Part shown: piece after piece, positions 52,810 to 63,449 of the stretch
Numbering within the stretch: position 1 is the first letter of the stretch
Layout of the letters: every line of letters begins with the position of its first letter
Program-made: the position numbers and the translations under genes
NCBI GenBank assembly: GCA_046597705.1
Contig: JBKJJZ010000126.1
Coordinates: forward strand, 857 to 64,856
Reading direction: 5' to 3'
Length of the DNA stretch: 64,000 nucleotides
Source: Vicinamibacterales bacterium
GTDB lineage: Bacteria > Acidobacteriota > Vicinamibacteria > Vicinamibacterales > SCN-69-37
The notes under the pieces: model-generated
Told to the model about the DNA's origin: nothing
The model's input: only the letters and a program-made list of their open reading frames with translations
Databases searched by the model: none

Positions 52810-52858
52810 GGTCTGTGGGCAAGTGTATCTATAATTAGGGGTTGCCCGAGGAGTTCAG

Positions 52859-53236
52859 ATGCCTCTCTACGAGTATCAGTGCGAAGACTGCGGCGGTCGA
52901 TTCGAGCGGATCCGGAAATTCTCCGACCCGCCCCTTGCTGAGCCATGCCCGAAGTGCGGCGGACCGATCAAGAAATTGATTTCCTCACCAGCGATCCAGT
53001 TCAAGGGCAAGGGCTGGTATGTGACGGACTACGCGAAGTCAGGTTCGTCTGAACCGTCGAAAGCGGATTCCGCCACGTCCGAGGCGAGCGCCGACGCAAA
53101 GTCCGATGCCAAGAAGAAGGACTCGTCTGCAGGCAAATCCGAGAGTTCGCCTTCGAGTACCGAGGCGAAGACAGAGACCAAGACCGAAGCACCCAAGCCG
53201 GCCCCCGCAACTCCAACGAAAGCCGACAAGACTTAG
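52859..53236 (+). CDS. FmdB-family zinc-ribbon protein with a Ser/Lys/Ala-rich tail
   Basis: MPLYEYQCEDCG...CPKCGG pattern. Confidence 0.8.
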   Translation: MPLYEYQCEDCGGRFERIRKFSDPPLAEPCPKCGGPIKKLISSPAIQFKGKGWYVTDYAKSGSSEPSKADSATSEASADAKSDAKKKDSSAGKSESSPSSTEAKTETKTEAPKPAPATPTKADKT

Positions 53237-53243
53237 ATCACGC

Positions 53244-53384
53244 GGCGCCCCTGAAGGGACGCCCTACGTTCAGAGCACCCGGCGCCTCCTAAAGGGACGC
53301 CCTACGGTTGGATCACGCGGCGCCCCCGAAGGGACGCCCTACGTTCAGACGGTCTCCTTCGTAGGGCGTCCCTTTAGGGGCGCC
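53244..53384. repeat. REP array: three direct units (53244..53267, 53281..53305, 53319..53342) plus one inverted unit (53361..53384)
   Basis: GGCGCCCCTGAAGGGACGCCCTAC and variants, read directly. The array fills most of the fmdB/galU convergent gap. Confidence 0.85.
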
Positions 53385-53393
53385 AAAGTTGAT

Positions 53394-54275
53394 CTAAGCC
53401 GGGGCGATGGACTTCAGGTAATCGCGCAAGGGACCGGCAAGTTCAGGGCGGCGCAGCGCGAAATACACCACCGCTTTCAGGAATCCCAGTTTGTTGCCGG
53501 TATCGTGCCTCACGCCTTCCACTTCGCAGGCGTACAGAGGCCGGTCTTTGAGGAGCTGCTTCAGTCCGTTCGTGAGCTGAATCTCTCCGGTGCGGTCTTC
53601 GCGAATCTCACGGAGCGCATCGAAAATATCCGGCGTCAGAATATAGCGCCCGATGATGGCGAGGTCCGAGGGCGCTTTCTCTCGCGGCGGCTTTTCCACA
53701 AGGTCGGTGATCCGGTACACCCCAGGCCGCACCGTCTCATACGCGATGACGCCGTAGTTCGAGACGTCAGCGGCCGGCACGCGTTCCACCAGAATTACGG
53801 GCCCCTGGACCTCCTCGTAGACCTTGATCATCTGGGCCAGCGCGGGCTCAACGCCATCGATCACGTCGTCAGCCAGGATGACCGCGAAGGGTTCGTCTCC
53901 AACCAGTGCTTCGGTCACAAGCACGGCGTGGCCAAGTCCGAGCGGCTCTCCCTGGCGGACGTACGAGACATTGATGAGGTCCGATATCTTTCGAATCTCG
54001 GCAACAATGTCGGTCTTGCCGCGCTCCTTCAGAAAAGACTCGAGCTCGTAGGCCACGTCGAAGTGATCCTCAATCGAGTGCTTGCCCCGGCCCGTGACGA
54101 TGATGATGTTTTCAACACCCGAGGCGACGGCCTCCTCCACCCCGTACTGAATGATTGGCTTATCGACCAGGGGAAGCATTTCCTTGGGTTGTGCCTTGGT
54201 GGCTGGCAGGAAGCGGGTGCCCAGTCCCGCAGCCGGGAACACGGCCTTTCGAACACGAGATGTCATCGTAAGCAT
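53394..54275 (-). CDS. galU: UTP-glucose-1-phosphate uridylyltransferase
   Basis: [23 protein letters not shown] motif. Confidence 0.93.
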   Translation of the reverse strand: MLTMTSRVRKAVFPAAGLGTRFLPATKAQPKEMLPLVDKPIIQYGVEEAVASGVENIIIVTGRGKHSIEDHFDVAYELESFLKERGKTDIVAEIRKISDLINVSYVRQGEPLGLGHAVLVTEALVGDEPFAVILADDVIDGVEPALAQMIKVYEEVQGPVILVERVPAADVSNYGVIAYETVRPGVYRITDLVEKPPREKAPSDLAIIGRYILTPDIFDALREIREDRTGEIQLTNGLKQLLKDRPLYACEVEGVRHDTGNKLGFLKAVVYFALRRPELAGPLRDYLKSIAPA

Positions 54276-54307
54276 CGTATCCCACCGGTAAGACGCGGCG
54301 GTATAGC

Positions 54308-55606
<1,299 letters not shown>

Positions 55607-55629
55607 CCAGCCCGGAGGGCCCTGAGACC

Positions 55630-56739
55630 ATGGCGCACGCGGCGGTTTCAACCTCTCGCTCCGTCTCTCGCGCGGGCGTAGAGCACGCGGCGTTTGTGGG
55701 ACTCTCGCTCGCGCATGCGGCCGCGCTCGTCCTGGTGCCGCACCCGGCGGTCATTGGTCTTGGACTCTGGTGGAACGCCAACACGATTTCGCACAATTTC
55801 ATCCATCGCCCCTTCTTTGTCGCGCCCGCAGCCAACCGGTTCTATGCATTCTTCCTGTCACTTCTGCTTGGCGTTCCCCAGACCCTGTGGCGGGATCGCC
55901 ATTTGCTGCATCACGCTGACGACCCGCGCCCGGCGCGTCTGAGAGCGGCCTCGCGCATCGAACTTGCGGGGATAGCCGCGGTGTGGACGACGATGGCGAT
56001 TGCGGCGCCGTCGTGGTTTTTCCGGGCGTACTTGCCGGGATGGGTCCTGGGCCTGGGTTTGTGTTACCTCCAGGGTCACTACGAACACGCACGCGGCACA
56101 ACAAGTCACTACGGCCGCATCTATAACTTCCTCTTCTTCAACGACGGCTATCACGTCGAACACCATCACAACCCGGCTTCACCATGGGTGGATCTCAAAC
56201 AGTCGGTGGTGCCTGACGTGCGACGCAGCCGCTGGCCGCCCGTGCTCCGATGGCTCGACGCATTCACGCTCGAAGGGCTCGAGCGCCTCGCTCTCCGTTC
56301 GCCTTTCCTGCAACGAGTCATCATCGCTTCGCATGAGAAGGCGATTCGCTCGCTCGCGAAAGAGATCACTCACGGCGTCCGTTCGGTCACAGTCGTTGGG
56401 GGTGGCTTGTTTCCGCGATCGGCAATCGTGGCTCGACGAATCTGGCCCAACGCCGCGATCACGATCATCGATGCCGAAGCCAGTCACCTGGCGATCGCGC
56501 GGCTCTTGCTCCCGTCAGGCGTCGCCGTCGAGCATCGAACATTCGTGCCCGGGACTGAAGGAAACGAAAGCGCGGATCTGGTGATGATCCCCCTCGCGTT
56601 TATCGGGGAGCGAGATGCCGTGTACGGGCAGCCATCCGCGCCAGCCGTATTGATCCATGACTGGATCTGGAGGCGCCATGGCCGTGGCACTATCGTGAGC
56701 TGGTGGCTGCTCAAGCGGATCAATCTCGTCGTGCGGTAA
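55630..56739 (+). CDS. Fatty-acid-desaturase-family membrane protein fused to a C-terminal Rossmann-like domain
   Basis: Three His boxes (HNFIH, HLLHH, HVEHHH), then a C-terminal region of about 150 aa with VTVVGGGLFPRSAI...IIDAE. The start is set at ATG 55630, because the longer listed ORF overlaps serS. Confidence 0.65.
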   Translation: MAHAAVSTSRSVSRAGVEHAAFVGLSLAHAAALVLVPHPAVIGLGLWWNANTISHNFIHRPFFVAPAANRFYAFFLSLLLGVPQTLWRDRHLLHHADDPRPARLRAASRIELAGIAAVWTTMAIAAPSWFFRAYLPGWVLGLGLCYLQGHYEHARGTTSHYGRIYNFLFFNDGYHVEHHHNPASPWVDLKQSVVPDVRRSRWPPVLRWLDAFTLEGLERLALRSPFLQRVIIASHEKAIRSLAKEITHGVRSVTVVGGGLFPRSAIVARRIWPNAAITIIDAEASHLAIARLLLPSGVAVEHRTFVPGTEGNESADLVMIPLAFIGERDAVYGQPSAPAVLIHDWIWRRHGRGTIVSWWLLKRINLVVR

Positions 56740-58478
56740 GGGCCGGCGCCCTCTTCGGCGTGCTGGTGGTGGCACGCCTGCTCAGCGGGATGGCCACCCC
56801 ATTGCCAAGCGGCGGCGCGTGGCTCCTGCCGGCCATGCTCGCGCATGACGTGGTGGTGGCCCTGATTTTCTGGGCCTTCGATCGTGCGACGTCCCGATCG
56901 AAGTGGCTGTGGATCGCCTACGCGGCCATCGTGATCCTCGCCGCCGTGAACGTTCCGATAGTGAGGGCCCTTGGCACTTCGCTCACAGTGCCCATGTTTC
57001 GCGCCGCCCGCGGCCCTCTCCTTGACTCAATCCGCGCATACGTCACCGCATCAAACCTGCTGGCGATCGCGTTAGTCATGTTCGCGGCGGCGGTACTGCC
57101 GAACGCCCTGAGATTGACGTCGCTGTCAGTGAGGCGGGTGGCGCTGGTGCTCGGTGTCGTGCTGCTGGCGCTGGTGCCACTCGCCCGAGCGCGCGTTTCA
57201 ACCGTCGGACGAGAACGAAACGTCGTCACGGCGTTGGGGTCGGCACTGTGGCCCAGGCTCGGAGCCTCAGACGAGCGTGGCGATGTCGATTGGCGGGCCA
57301 GTCCCTTCGCACAGCGCCCGGCCGATGGCTCGCCCCACTACCGTGGAGCAGGCAAGGGCTTCAATGTTGTCCTGATTGTCCTTGAATCAACGGCCGCGCA
57401 ATACCTCAAGCCCTACGGCGCGACTGATGATCCGATGCCCTCGGTTTCGGAGCTCGGCGCGCGATCCCTTGTGATCGATGGCGCGTACTCGCCGTATCCC
57501 GAGAGTATCCGCGCGCTTTACAGCCTGGGTTGCGCGCAATCACCCGCGTTCGATGTTTCTGCCGAACAGCTCGCTACGTCGACGTGCGATAGCTTGCCCG
57601 TCCAACTCTCCAGGGCTGGTTACCGAACCGCGCTTTATCACTCAGGCCGCTTTGCCTACCTGGGCATGACCGAGACGATGGCGTTGCTCAGATTCGAGAA
57701 TAGTGTTGACGCCGGCGGTATCAGCGGGCGCGTGGAATCAAGCTTTGGTGTGGACGAGCCTTCAACCGTGGCTAAGGCGCTGGAGTGGATCGATCGAGAC
57801 GCCACTCGTCCGTTCTTCCTGACGTATTTGCCGACCGCGGGCCACCATCCGTACGCCTCGAGTGGCGCCGGGCCATTTCCCCAGACGGATGACCGTTCCG
57901 CGTTCAAGAACGCCGTCTTCGAGGGCGATGCGGCCATCTCGACGCTCCTGGCCGGCCTTCACGCGCGCGGTCTGGACTCACGCACCATCGTCATCGTGAC
58001 CGGCGATCACGGCGAGGCGTTCGGACAACATCCCGGCAACTTCGCGCACTCGTTTTTCATTTACGACGAGAACGTCCGCGTGCCGCTGATCTTCCACGTT
58101 CCGGGACAGGTGGCTGGACGATTGGACCGCGTCTCCAGTCTCATCGATGTTGCACCGACCCTGCTCGACATTATTGGAGCGCCCGCACCAGCCGGTGTCG
58201 AGGGAGTGTCACTGCTCGATGGCCCAGAGCGCATGTCGCTGTTCTTTACGGACTATGCCGTCGGCTGGCTGGGTCTCAGGGACAGTTGTTTCAAGTACAT
58301 GTTCGAGGTGGAGGCGCGCCGCTCTCGCCTTTACAACGTATGTGAAGATCCCGCAGAGAAGAACGACGTGGCCGAACGCAATACCGAGCGCGCGTCTGCC
58401 TATCGCGACCGCGTCGAGCACTGGGCGACAGCGCGGCGCGGCGCCGTGCTAGGGCCCTTGAAACGGAGGATCAGGTGA
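56703..58478 (+). CDS. Membrane-anchored sulfatase / LtaS-like alkaline-phosphatase-superfamily enzyme
   Basis: N-terminal multi-TM region followed by a sulfatase domain (NVVLIVLES...YLPTAGHHPY...VTGDHGEAFG). The exact start is uncertain. Confidence 0.7.
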   Translation: MAAQADQSRRAVRAGALFGVLVVARLLSGMATPLPSGGAWLLPAMLAHDVVVALIFWAFDRATSRSKWLWIAYAAIVILAAVNVPIVRALGTSLTVPMFRAARGPLLDSIRAYVTASNLLAIALVMFAAAVLPNALRLTSLSVRRVALVLGVVLLALVPLARARVSTVGRERNVVTALGSALWPRLGASDERGDVDWRASPFAQRPADGSPHYRGAGKGFNVVLIVLESTAAQYLKPYGATDDPMPSVSELGARSLVIDGAYSPYPESIRALYSLGCAQSPAFDVSAEQLATSTCDSLPVQLSRAGYRTALYHSGRFAYLGMTETMALLRFENSVDAGGISGRVESSFGVDEPSTVAKALEWIDRDATRPFFLTYLPTAGHHPYASSGAGPFPQTDDRSAFKNAVFEGDAAISTLLAGLHARGLDSRTIVIVTGDHGEAFGQHPGNFAHSFFIYDENVRVPLIFHVPGQVAGRLDRVSSLIDVAPTLLDIIGAPAPAGVEGVSLLDGPERMSLFFTDYAVGWLGLRDSCFKYMFEVEARRSRLYNVCEDPAEKNDVAERNTERASAYRDRVEHWATARRGAVLGPLKRRIR

Positions 58479-59857
58479 GAAAAGAGAAAGACAGCCTCGG
58501 TGAACTCGAGATTCCGGATGGCGTGTATTACGGCATCCAGGCATTTCGCGCTTCGCAGAACTTTCCCATCAGCGGCACGCAGGTGCATCCTGAACTGCTC
58601 AAGACCTACCTCCTGCTGAAACGTTCCGCAGCCAAAGCGAACCGCGCGGTGGGAGCGTTGGACTCCCAGCGGGGAGATGCGATCGTTCGCGCCGTCGACA
58701 CGCTGCTCACGACCGATTTCCGAAGACACTTCATCGTTGACGCCTATCAGGCCGGTGCCGGCACCTCGCAGAACATGAACGCCAACGAGGTGGTGGCCAA
58801 CTGCGCCAATGAGCTATTGGGTAAGCCTTTGGGCTCGTACGACCCCGTCAATCCAAATGACCACGTGAACATGTCGCAGAGCACCAACGACACCTATCCC
58901 ACGGTGATGAGGCTTGCGACGTTGAGCGTTTCACACGAGCTGGTCATCGAGATGCAGGCTCTCAGGGATACCCTGAGCTCCAAGGCCGCGGAGTTCGACC
59001 ACGTTCTGAAAGCCGCGCGAACCCACCTCCAGGATGCCGTGCCCATTCGACTCGGACAGGAGTTCGGCGCGTACGCCGAGACAGTGGGCCAGCTGATTCA
59101 ACTTCTTCAGGACGCCCAGTCGTACCTGCGGGAACTTGGTATTGGCGGCTCCGCCGCAGGAACCGGAGTCAACGTGCCGAAGGGCTATCGGCAGGCGATC
59201 CTCGAGGAGTTGAAGGAGGTCTCGCACGACTCGGGCCTGCGTCTGGCCCGGAACATGTGCGCGGCCATGCAATCGCAGTTGCCCATGACCGTCTATTCCA
59301 ACGCGCTGAGAGCGGCCACATTGGAACTCACTCGGATTACAAACGATCTTCGACTGCTCAGTTCGGGTCCGACGAACGGCCTCGGCGAAATCCACCTACC
59401 AGCCACCCAGCCTGGTTCCAGCATCATGCCGGGCAAAGTGAATCCATCAATCCTCGAGATGGCCAACCAGGTCTTCTTCCGTGTGCTGGGCAACGACACG
59501 ACTATCGCTTACAGCGCGCAGGCGGGGCAGCTGGAACTCAACGTCATGATGCCTGTGATGGCACACGCCGCTCTCGAGTCAACCGAACTGCTGACCACAA
59601 CACTTCGAACACTCCGCACGCGATGCATCGAAGGCATCACGGCGAATGAAGAGCGCTGCCTCCAATATGCGGAGCACACGTCGCAGATTGCCACGGCCCT
59701 GAATCGAATCCTTGGCTACGCCAAGGCCGGGGAAATCGCCAAGGAGTCCGTCGAGACCGGCAAATCCATCGTGGAGCTTGTGCGGGAAAAAGGCCTGCTG
59801 ACCGAGGAGCAAATCCCGAAGCTCCTCGATCCCAGGGCGTTGACGGAACCGGCTTAA
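58475..59857 (+). CDS. aspA: Aspartate ammonia-lyase / class II fumarase family lyase
   Basis: The GSSIMPGKVNP signature, and an N-terminus DSLGELEIPDGVYYGIQAFRASQNFPISG that resembles aspartase. The GTG start overlaps the upstream stop. Confidence 0.8.
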   Translation: MRKEKDSLGELEIPDGVYYGIQAFRASQNFPISGTQVHPELLKTYLLLKRSAAKANRAVGALDSQRGDAIVRAVDTLLTTDFRRHFIVDAYQAGAGTSQNMNANEVVANCANELLGKPLGSYDPVNPNDHVNMSQSTNDTYPTVMRLATLSVSHELVIEMQALRDTLSSKAAEFDHVLKAARTHLQDAVPIRLGQEFGAYAETVGQLIQLLQDAQSYLRELGIGGSAAGTGVNVPKGYRQAILEELKEVSHDSGLRLARNMCAAMQSQLPMTVYSNALRAATLELTRITNDLRLLSSGPTNGLGEIHLPATQPGSSIMPGKVNPSILEMANQVFFRVLGNDTTIAYSAQAGQLELNVMMPVMAHAALESTELLTTTLRTLRTRCIEGITANEERCLQYAEHTSQIATALNRILGYAKAGEIAKESVETGKSIVELVREKGLLTEEQIPKLLDPRALTEPA

Positions 59858-59860
59858 TCG

Positions 59861-59944
59861 GTTCGGGGTTCGGGGTTCGAGGTTCGAGGTTCGAGGTTCG
59901 AGGTTCGAGGTTCGAGGTTCGAGGTTCGAGGTCCGGAGTTCGTA
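59861..59944 (+). repeat. Heptamer tandem array: 2 x GTTCGGG, 8 x GTTCGAG, 2 degenerate units
   Basis: Read directly. It starts 4 nt after the aspA stop and abuts a REPIN. Confidence 0.9.
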
Positions 59945-59994
59945 GGGCGTCCCTTTAGGGGCGCCACATCGGCGCGGCTGAAGCTACGCCCTAC
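59942..59994. repeat. REPIN doublet GTAGGGCGTCCCTTTAGGGGCGCC-ACATC-GGCGCGGCTGAAGCTACGCCCTAC
   Basis: A full two-hairpin element with GTAG/CTAC ends. Confidence 0.85.
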
Positions 59995-60047
59995 GTGAAT
60001 CACGAAACACCAGCAGCCCCAAAAGGGCTCCGTCCGCAGTAAGGTTT

Positions 60048-60764
60048 ATGGCGATGCTCTGTCCGAACTGCCGCGCTGGAATGACCTCTATGATGCTCGA
60101 GGGCCACTACCAGCGGTCCGTCGTCATCGACATGTGCGAGACCTGCCAGGCATTCTGGTTCGACGGACTGGAGAGCCTCCAGCTCGAGCCGGGCTCGGTG
60201 CTGGAACTCTTCCGCATCGTCGGCAAGGCCGGCGGGGGCGTGCGAGCGCCGCTCGCCAACAGCGCGCGCTGCCCACGGTGTTCCGCTGAACTGCTCAAGA
60301 CGTTCGACCAGCAACGCGATTCGAGATTTGAGTATCGACGATGCCCCGAAGGACATGGACGGTTGACGTCCTTCTACAACTTTCTGCGGGAGAAGAACTT
60401 CATCAAACCGCTCTCAGCGGCACAGATCGAAGAGCTTCGGCGGAACCTTCGGACCATCAATTGTTCGAACTGTGGAGCCCCTGTCGATCTGGCGAAGGGC
60501 ACGGCGTGCGCGCATTGTGGGTCGCCGTTGTCGATGCTGGATGTGGGGCAGGCCGAAGCGCTGGTTGCCGCGCTGCACGAAAAATCCGTCAAGGCGCGCC
60601 ACGTGGATCCGACGTGGCCGATGCATCTCGAACGCGCCAAACGCGATGTGACTACTGCGTTTGGCGCATTTGAGCGGGATCCAGGGTGGTACGGCACCGC
60701 ATCCAGCGATGGGCTGGTGAATGCCGCGCTCGGCGCGTTCTCCCGGTGGCTCGTTGACCGGTAA
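60048..60764 (+). CDS. Zinc-ribbon protein with TFIIB-type zinc-finger repeats
   Basis: CPNC...IDMCETCQAFWFDGLE, CPRC...CPEGHG, CSNC...CAHC. The first repeat matches the bacterial zf-TFIIB pattern. Confidence 0.6.
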   Translation: MAMLCPNCRAGMTSMMLEGHYQRSVVIDMCETCQAFWFDGLESLQLEPGSVLELFRIVGKAGGGVRAPLANSARCPRCSAELLKTFDQQRDSRFEYRRCPEGHGRLTSFYNFLREKNFIKPLSAAQIEELRRNLRTINCSNCGAPVDLAKGTACAHCGSPLSMLDVGQAEALVAALHEKSVKARHVDPTWPMHLERAKRDVTTAFGAFERDPGWYGTASSDGLVNAALGAFSRWLVDR

Positions 60765-60767
60765 CTA

Positions 60768-60789
60768 GTGCCCCTGAAGGGACGCCTAC
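60768..60789. repeat. Degenerate single REP unit (GTGCCCCTGAAGGGACGCCTAC)
   Basis: It lies between convergent stops and overlaps the peroxiredoxin stop codon. Confidence 0.65.
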
Positions 60790-61451
60790 GTCGACTTTGG
60801 CGCCGGCACAATCCGCATGTAAGGCCGCGGCGACTTCCAGCCATCCGGATACGTCTTCTTCGCGTCGTCATCTGACACCGAGCCCGCGATGAACACGTCC
60901 TCGCCCTGGTGCCAATTCGCGGGCGTGGCCACCTTGTGCTTGGCCGTCAGCTGCAGCGAGTCAAGCACGCGCAGCACTTCATCGAAGTTCCGGCCGGTGG
61001 TCATCGGATAGCCGATCAGCAGCTTGACCTTCTTGTCTGGACCGATGACAAACACGTAGCGGACGGTCTGGTTATCCGCGGCGGTGCGTCCTTCGGACGT
61101 GCCTTCGGTGGTTGCCGGCAGCATGCCGTAAAGGATGGAGACCGCCAGGGACGGATCGCCAATCATCGGATAGTTCGGCGCCATGCCTTGTGTCTCGCGG
61201 ATGTCCTCGGCCCACTTCTTGTGATTAGAAACGGGATCGACACTGAGACCAATGACCTTGGTGTTGCGCTTGTCGAATTCGGTCTTCAGTTTCGCCATTG
61301 CACCAAGCTCGGTGGTGCACACGGGCGTGAAATCCTTGGGATGCGAAAACAGCACCGCCCAGGAATCGCCGATCCACTCGTGAAACTTGATGGGCCCTTC
61401 GGTGGTGTCCGCTTCGAAGTCCGGAACAACTTGACCAATTTGCAGTGACAT
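60786..61451 (-). CDS. 1-Cys peroxiredoxin (Prx6 type)
   Basis: VLFSHPKDFTPVCTTEL motif; 221 aa. Confidence 0.9.
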   Translation of the reverse strand: MSLQIGQVVPDFEADTTEGPIKFHEWIGDSWAVLFSHPKDFTPVCTTELGAMAKLKTEFDKRNTKVIGLSVDPVSNHKKWAEDIRETQGMAPNYPMIGDPSLAVSILYGMLPATTEGTSEGRTAADNQTVRYVFVIGPDKKVKLLIGYPMTTGRNFDEVLRVLDSLQLTAKHKVATPANWHQGEDVFIAGSVSDDDAKKTYPDGWKSPRPYMRIVPAPKST

Positions 61452-61519
61452 AGTCGAAACTCCCGTTGAAAAATCGAAGCCGCGATTCTATCACCGCCTT
61501 GCCGGCCGTAGCTGCGAGC

Positions 61520-63031
61520 TTAGCGAGCGCTTAGCGAAGGCCGGAGGTCGAAGACGGCCATCTCCTTCAGGTTGCGCACCACCAACAGACCATTGGAAAA
61601 CGCCGGATGATTCCAGGTCTTGCCATCGAGCGCGGGAAAGCGCGCGAGTTCGACATGTTTCTCTGGTGTGGCCTGCACCAACGCCAGGTCTCCGTCTTCG
61701 GTCAGCACGATGATGTGGCCGCTGGCCAGCGCGATCTGACCGTAGCCATAGCGGCCGCCCTTCCATTTGAGTTCGCCGGTCGCTGCGTCCAGGCAGGCGA
61801 GGATGCTTTCGTCCAGTCCGTAGATGTAACCGTCGTGCAACACCGAGCTGCTGAACTGGTTCTTCATCCGGTTGTTCTTCCACACCTCGCGCACGGTTCC
61901 GCGTGCGCCATTCATCGTCACTTCGATGACTGCCGCACCGTGGTCGTAGCCAGACGACACGAACACGCGGTTCTTGCCGATTACCAGTGGCTGTCCCGCG
62001 TTGATGTCATTGAACGTCGCCCACGGGTACTCCCAAAGCAGAGTCCCGTCGTTCGGGGCCAGACCCATCATGCGCGACCCACTGACGACGAGAATCTGGC
62101 GGACACCGTCGATCGAGACCAGCATGGGCGACACATAGGCCTGTCGATCGTCGAGCGCAGACCACGCGCGCGCGCCGGTGAGACGGTTGTAGGCGGCCAC
62201 GCTTTTTCCGCCTGACCCTCCCGGCAGCACCACCACGTTGCCATCCACGACAAGCGGCGCGGCGGACATGCCCCACTGCACGTTCGCGGCTCCAGCGTCG
62301 GTGAGCATGTTGGTGCGCCAAATGGTGCGTCCCCTGGCCGCATCGAGCGCCCGCAGTTCACCGGTTGCGCCGAGGGCATAAACATTCCCCTCGAAGTACG
62401 TGGGTGTGGCTCGTGGGCCATCACCGCCCATGAACTCCTTGAACTCGGCAGACCACTTTGAAGTCCATTGCTCGCGGCCAGTAGCCACGTCGTACGCGGC
62501 CACCACTTCCTGCGCGCCACGTTGCTCGATGGTGACAGCGAGGTCAGCGTTTCCAATCCGCGCAACTACAAACGACGCGTAGCCCCCACCAACCGGTTGT
62601 TTCCACATCGGCTTCAACTGCGCGTTCGGCCACGCAGTCAGGATCGGTCGCGAGGTGTAGTGCCCGTCACGGTTCGGGCCGCGGAAGTCGGGCCAGTCGG
62701 ATGCCGTCGTTGACGGCGGGTCAGCCACCTGGATCGCTGCCATAACTACGGCATCCGGTGTGGCTGCCGGCGCTATTGGAGCCGGCGTCCCGGGCGGCGC
62801 CGCAGCTTGAGTTTTTCGATGCCGCTCGATGGCCTCCGCTTGCGCGGACGCCGGAGTGACGAATGCCAGGCGGGGTGTTCCGCCGCCATAGATCACGACT
62901 CGAAGTCCGAAGAACTGGTAGAGCATCGCACCCGCGACGGCGAGGACCGCGGCCACAATACCAACCACTTTCGCGATGCGCATCAGCTTCAGCATGAACT
63001 CAGAGCCTATCGCACGTCGGCACATCAGCAC
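61520..63031 (-). CDS. Membrane-anchored PQQ-like (BamB-type) beta-propeller repeat protein
   Basis: N-terminal TM helix, then repeated ...G.vyal...G.l.AlDa.tG...W blades. Confidence 0.7.
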   Translation of the reverse strand: MLMCRRAIGSEFMLKLMRIAKVVGIVAAVLAVAGAMLYQFFGLRVVIYGGGTPRLAFVTPASAQAEAIERHRKTQAAAPPGTPAPIAPAATPDAVVMAAIQVADPPSTTASDWPDFRGPNRDGHYTSRPILTAWPNAQLKPMWKQPVGGGYASFVVARIGNADLAVTIEQRGAQEVVAAYDVATGREQWTSKWSAEFKEFMGGDGPRATPTYFEGNVYALGATGELRALDAARGRTIWRTNMLTDAGAANVQWGMSAAPLVVDGNVVVLPGGSGGKSVAAYNRLTGARAWSALDDRQAYVSPMLVSIDGVRQILVVSGSRMMGLAPNDGTLLWEYPWATFNDINAGQPLVIGKNRVFVSSGYDHGAAVIEVTMNGARGTVREVWKNNRMKNQFSSSVLHDGYIYGLDESILACLDAATGELKWKGGRYGYGQIALASGHIIVLTEDGDLALVQATPEKHVELARFPALDGKTWNHPAFSNGLLVVRNLKEMAVFDLRPSLSAR

Positions 63032-63077
63032 GTCACCACAACAGTGCTATTTTGCCGTGGGCTACACTGAAGGGCGC

Positions 63078-63167
<90 letters not shown>

Positions 63168-63211
63168 GCCTTCGCTTCGCTTCGGCTGGCATCGGGAGAG
63201 GTCTTCAGGCT

Positions 63212-63397
63212 CTACGCGGCTCTCGCCGCTCCGAGCACGCATCCCTGGTCAGTGCGATCGGCACGGCCCGCCAACGTCGCCACGAACAGAGGTCCCGGTT
63301 CGCCACGCACCACACCGTGCGCGGCGAACCAGACAATGGCTTGCCCGGTGGCCACGAAGATCACGACAAGTCCTCCAGCCACCACCAGGCCCTTCAT
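63212..63397 (-). CDS. Possible small membrane protein (61 aa)
   Basis: The N-terminal hydrophobic helix MKGLVVAGGLVVIFVATGQAIVWF and GC-rich third codon positions support it. There is no recognisable family or strong RBS. The start lies 3 nt from the heptamer array. Confidence 0.25.
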   Translation of the reverse strand: MKGLVVAGGLVVIFVATGQAIVWFAAHGVVRGEPGPLFVATLAGRADRTDQGCVLGAARAA

Positions 63398-63400
63398 CGT

Positions 63401-63449
63401 CTCGAACCTCGAACCTCGAACCTCGAACCTCGAACCTCGAACCTCGAAC
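63401..63449 (-). repeat. Heptamer tandem array, 7 x CTCGAAC on the plus strand (GTTCGAG on the minus strand)
   Basis: It is the exact reverse complement of the array at 59875..59930, and it directly abuts the stop codon (63450..63452) of the M13 peptidase gene. Confidence 0.9.

Noticed and set aside
59861-59944. Possible CRISPR array (regular short repeats), also considered for 723..837 and 53244..53384
   Set aside because: The units are 7-9 nt and contiguous, or are 24-nt REP units with irregular short gaps. There are no unique spacers of 25-40 nt, no cas genes, and no leader.
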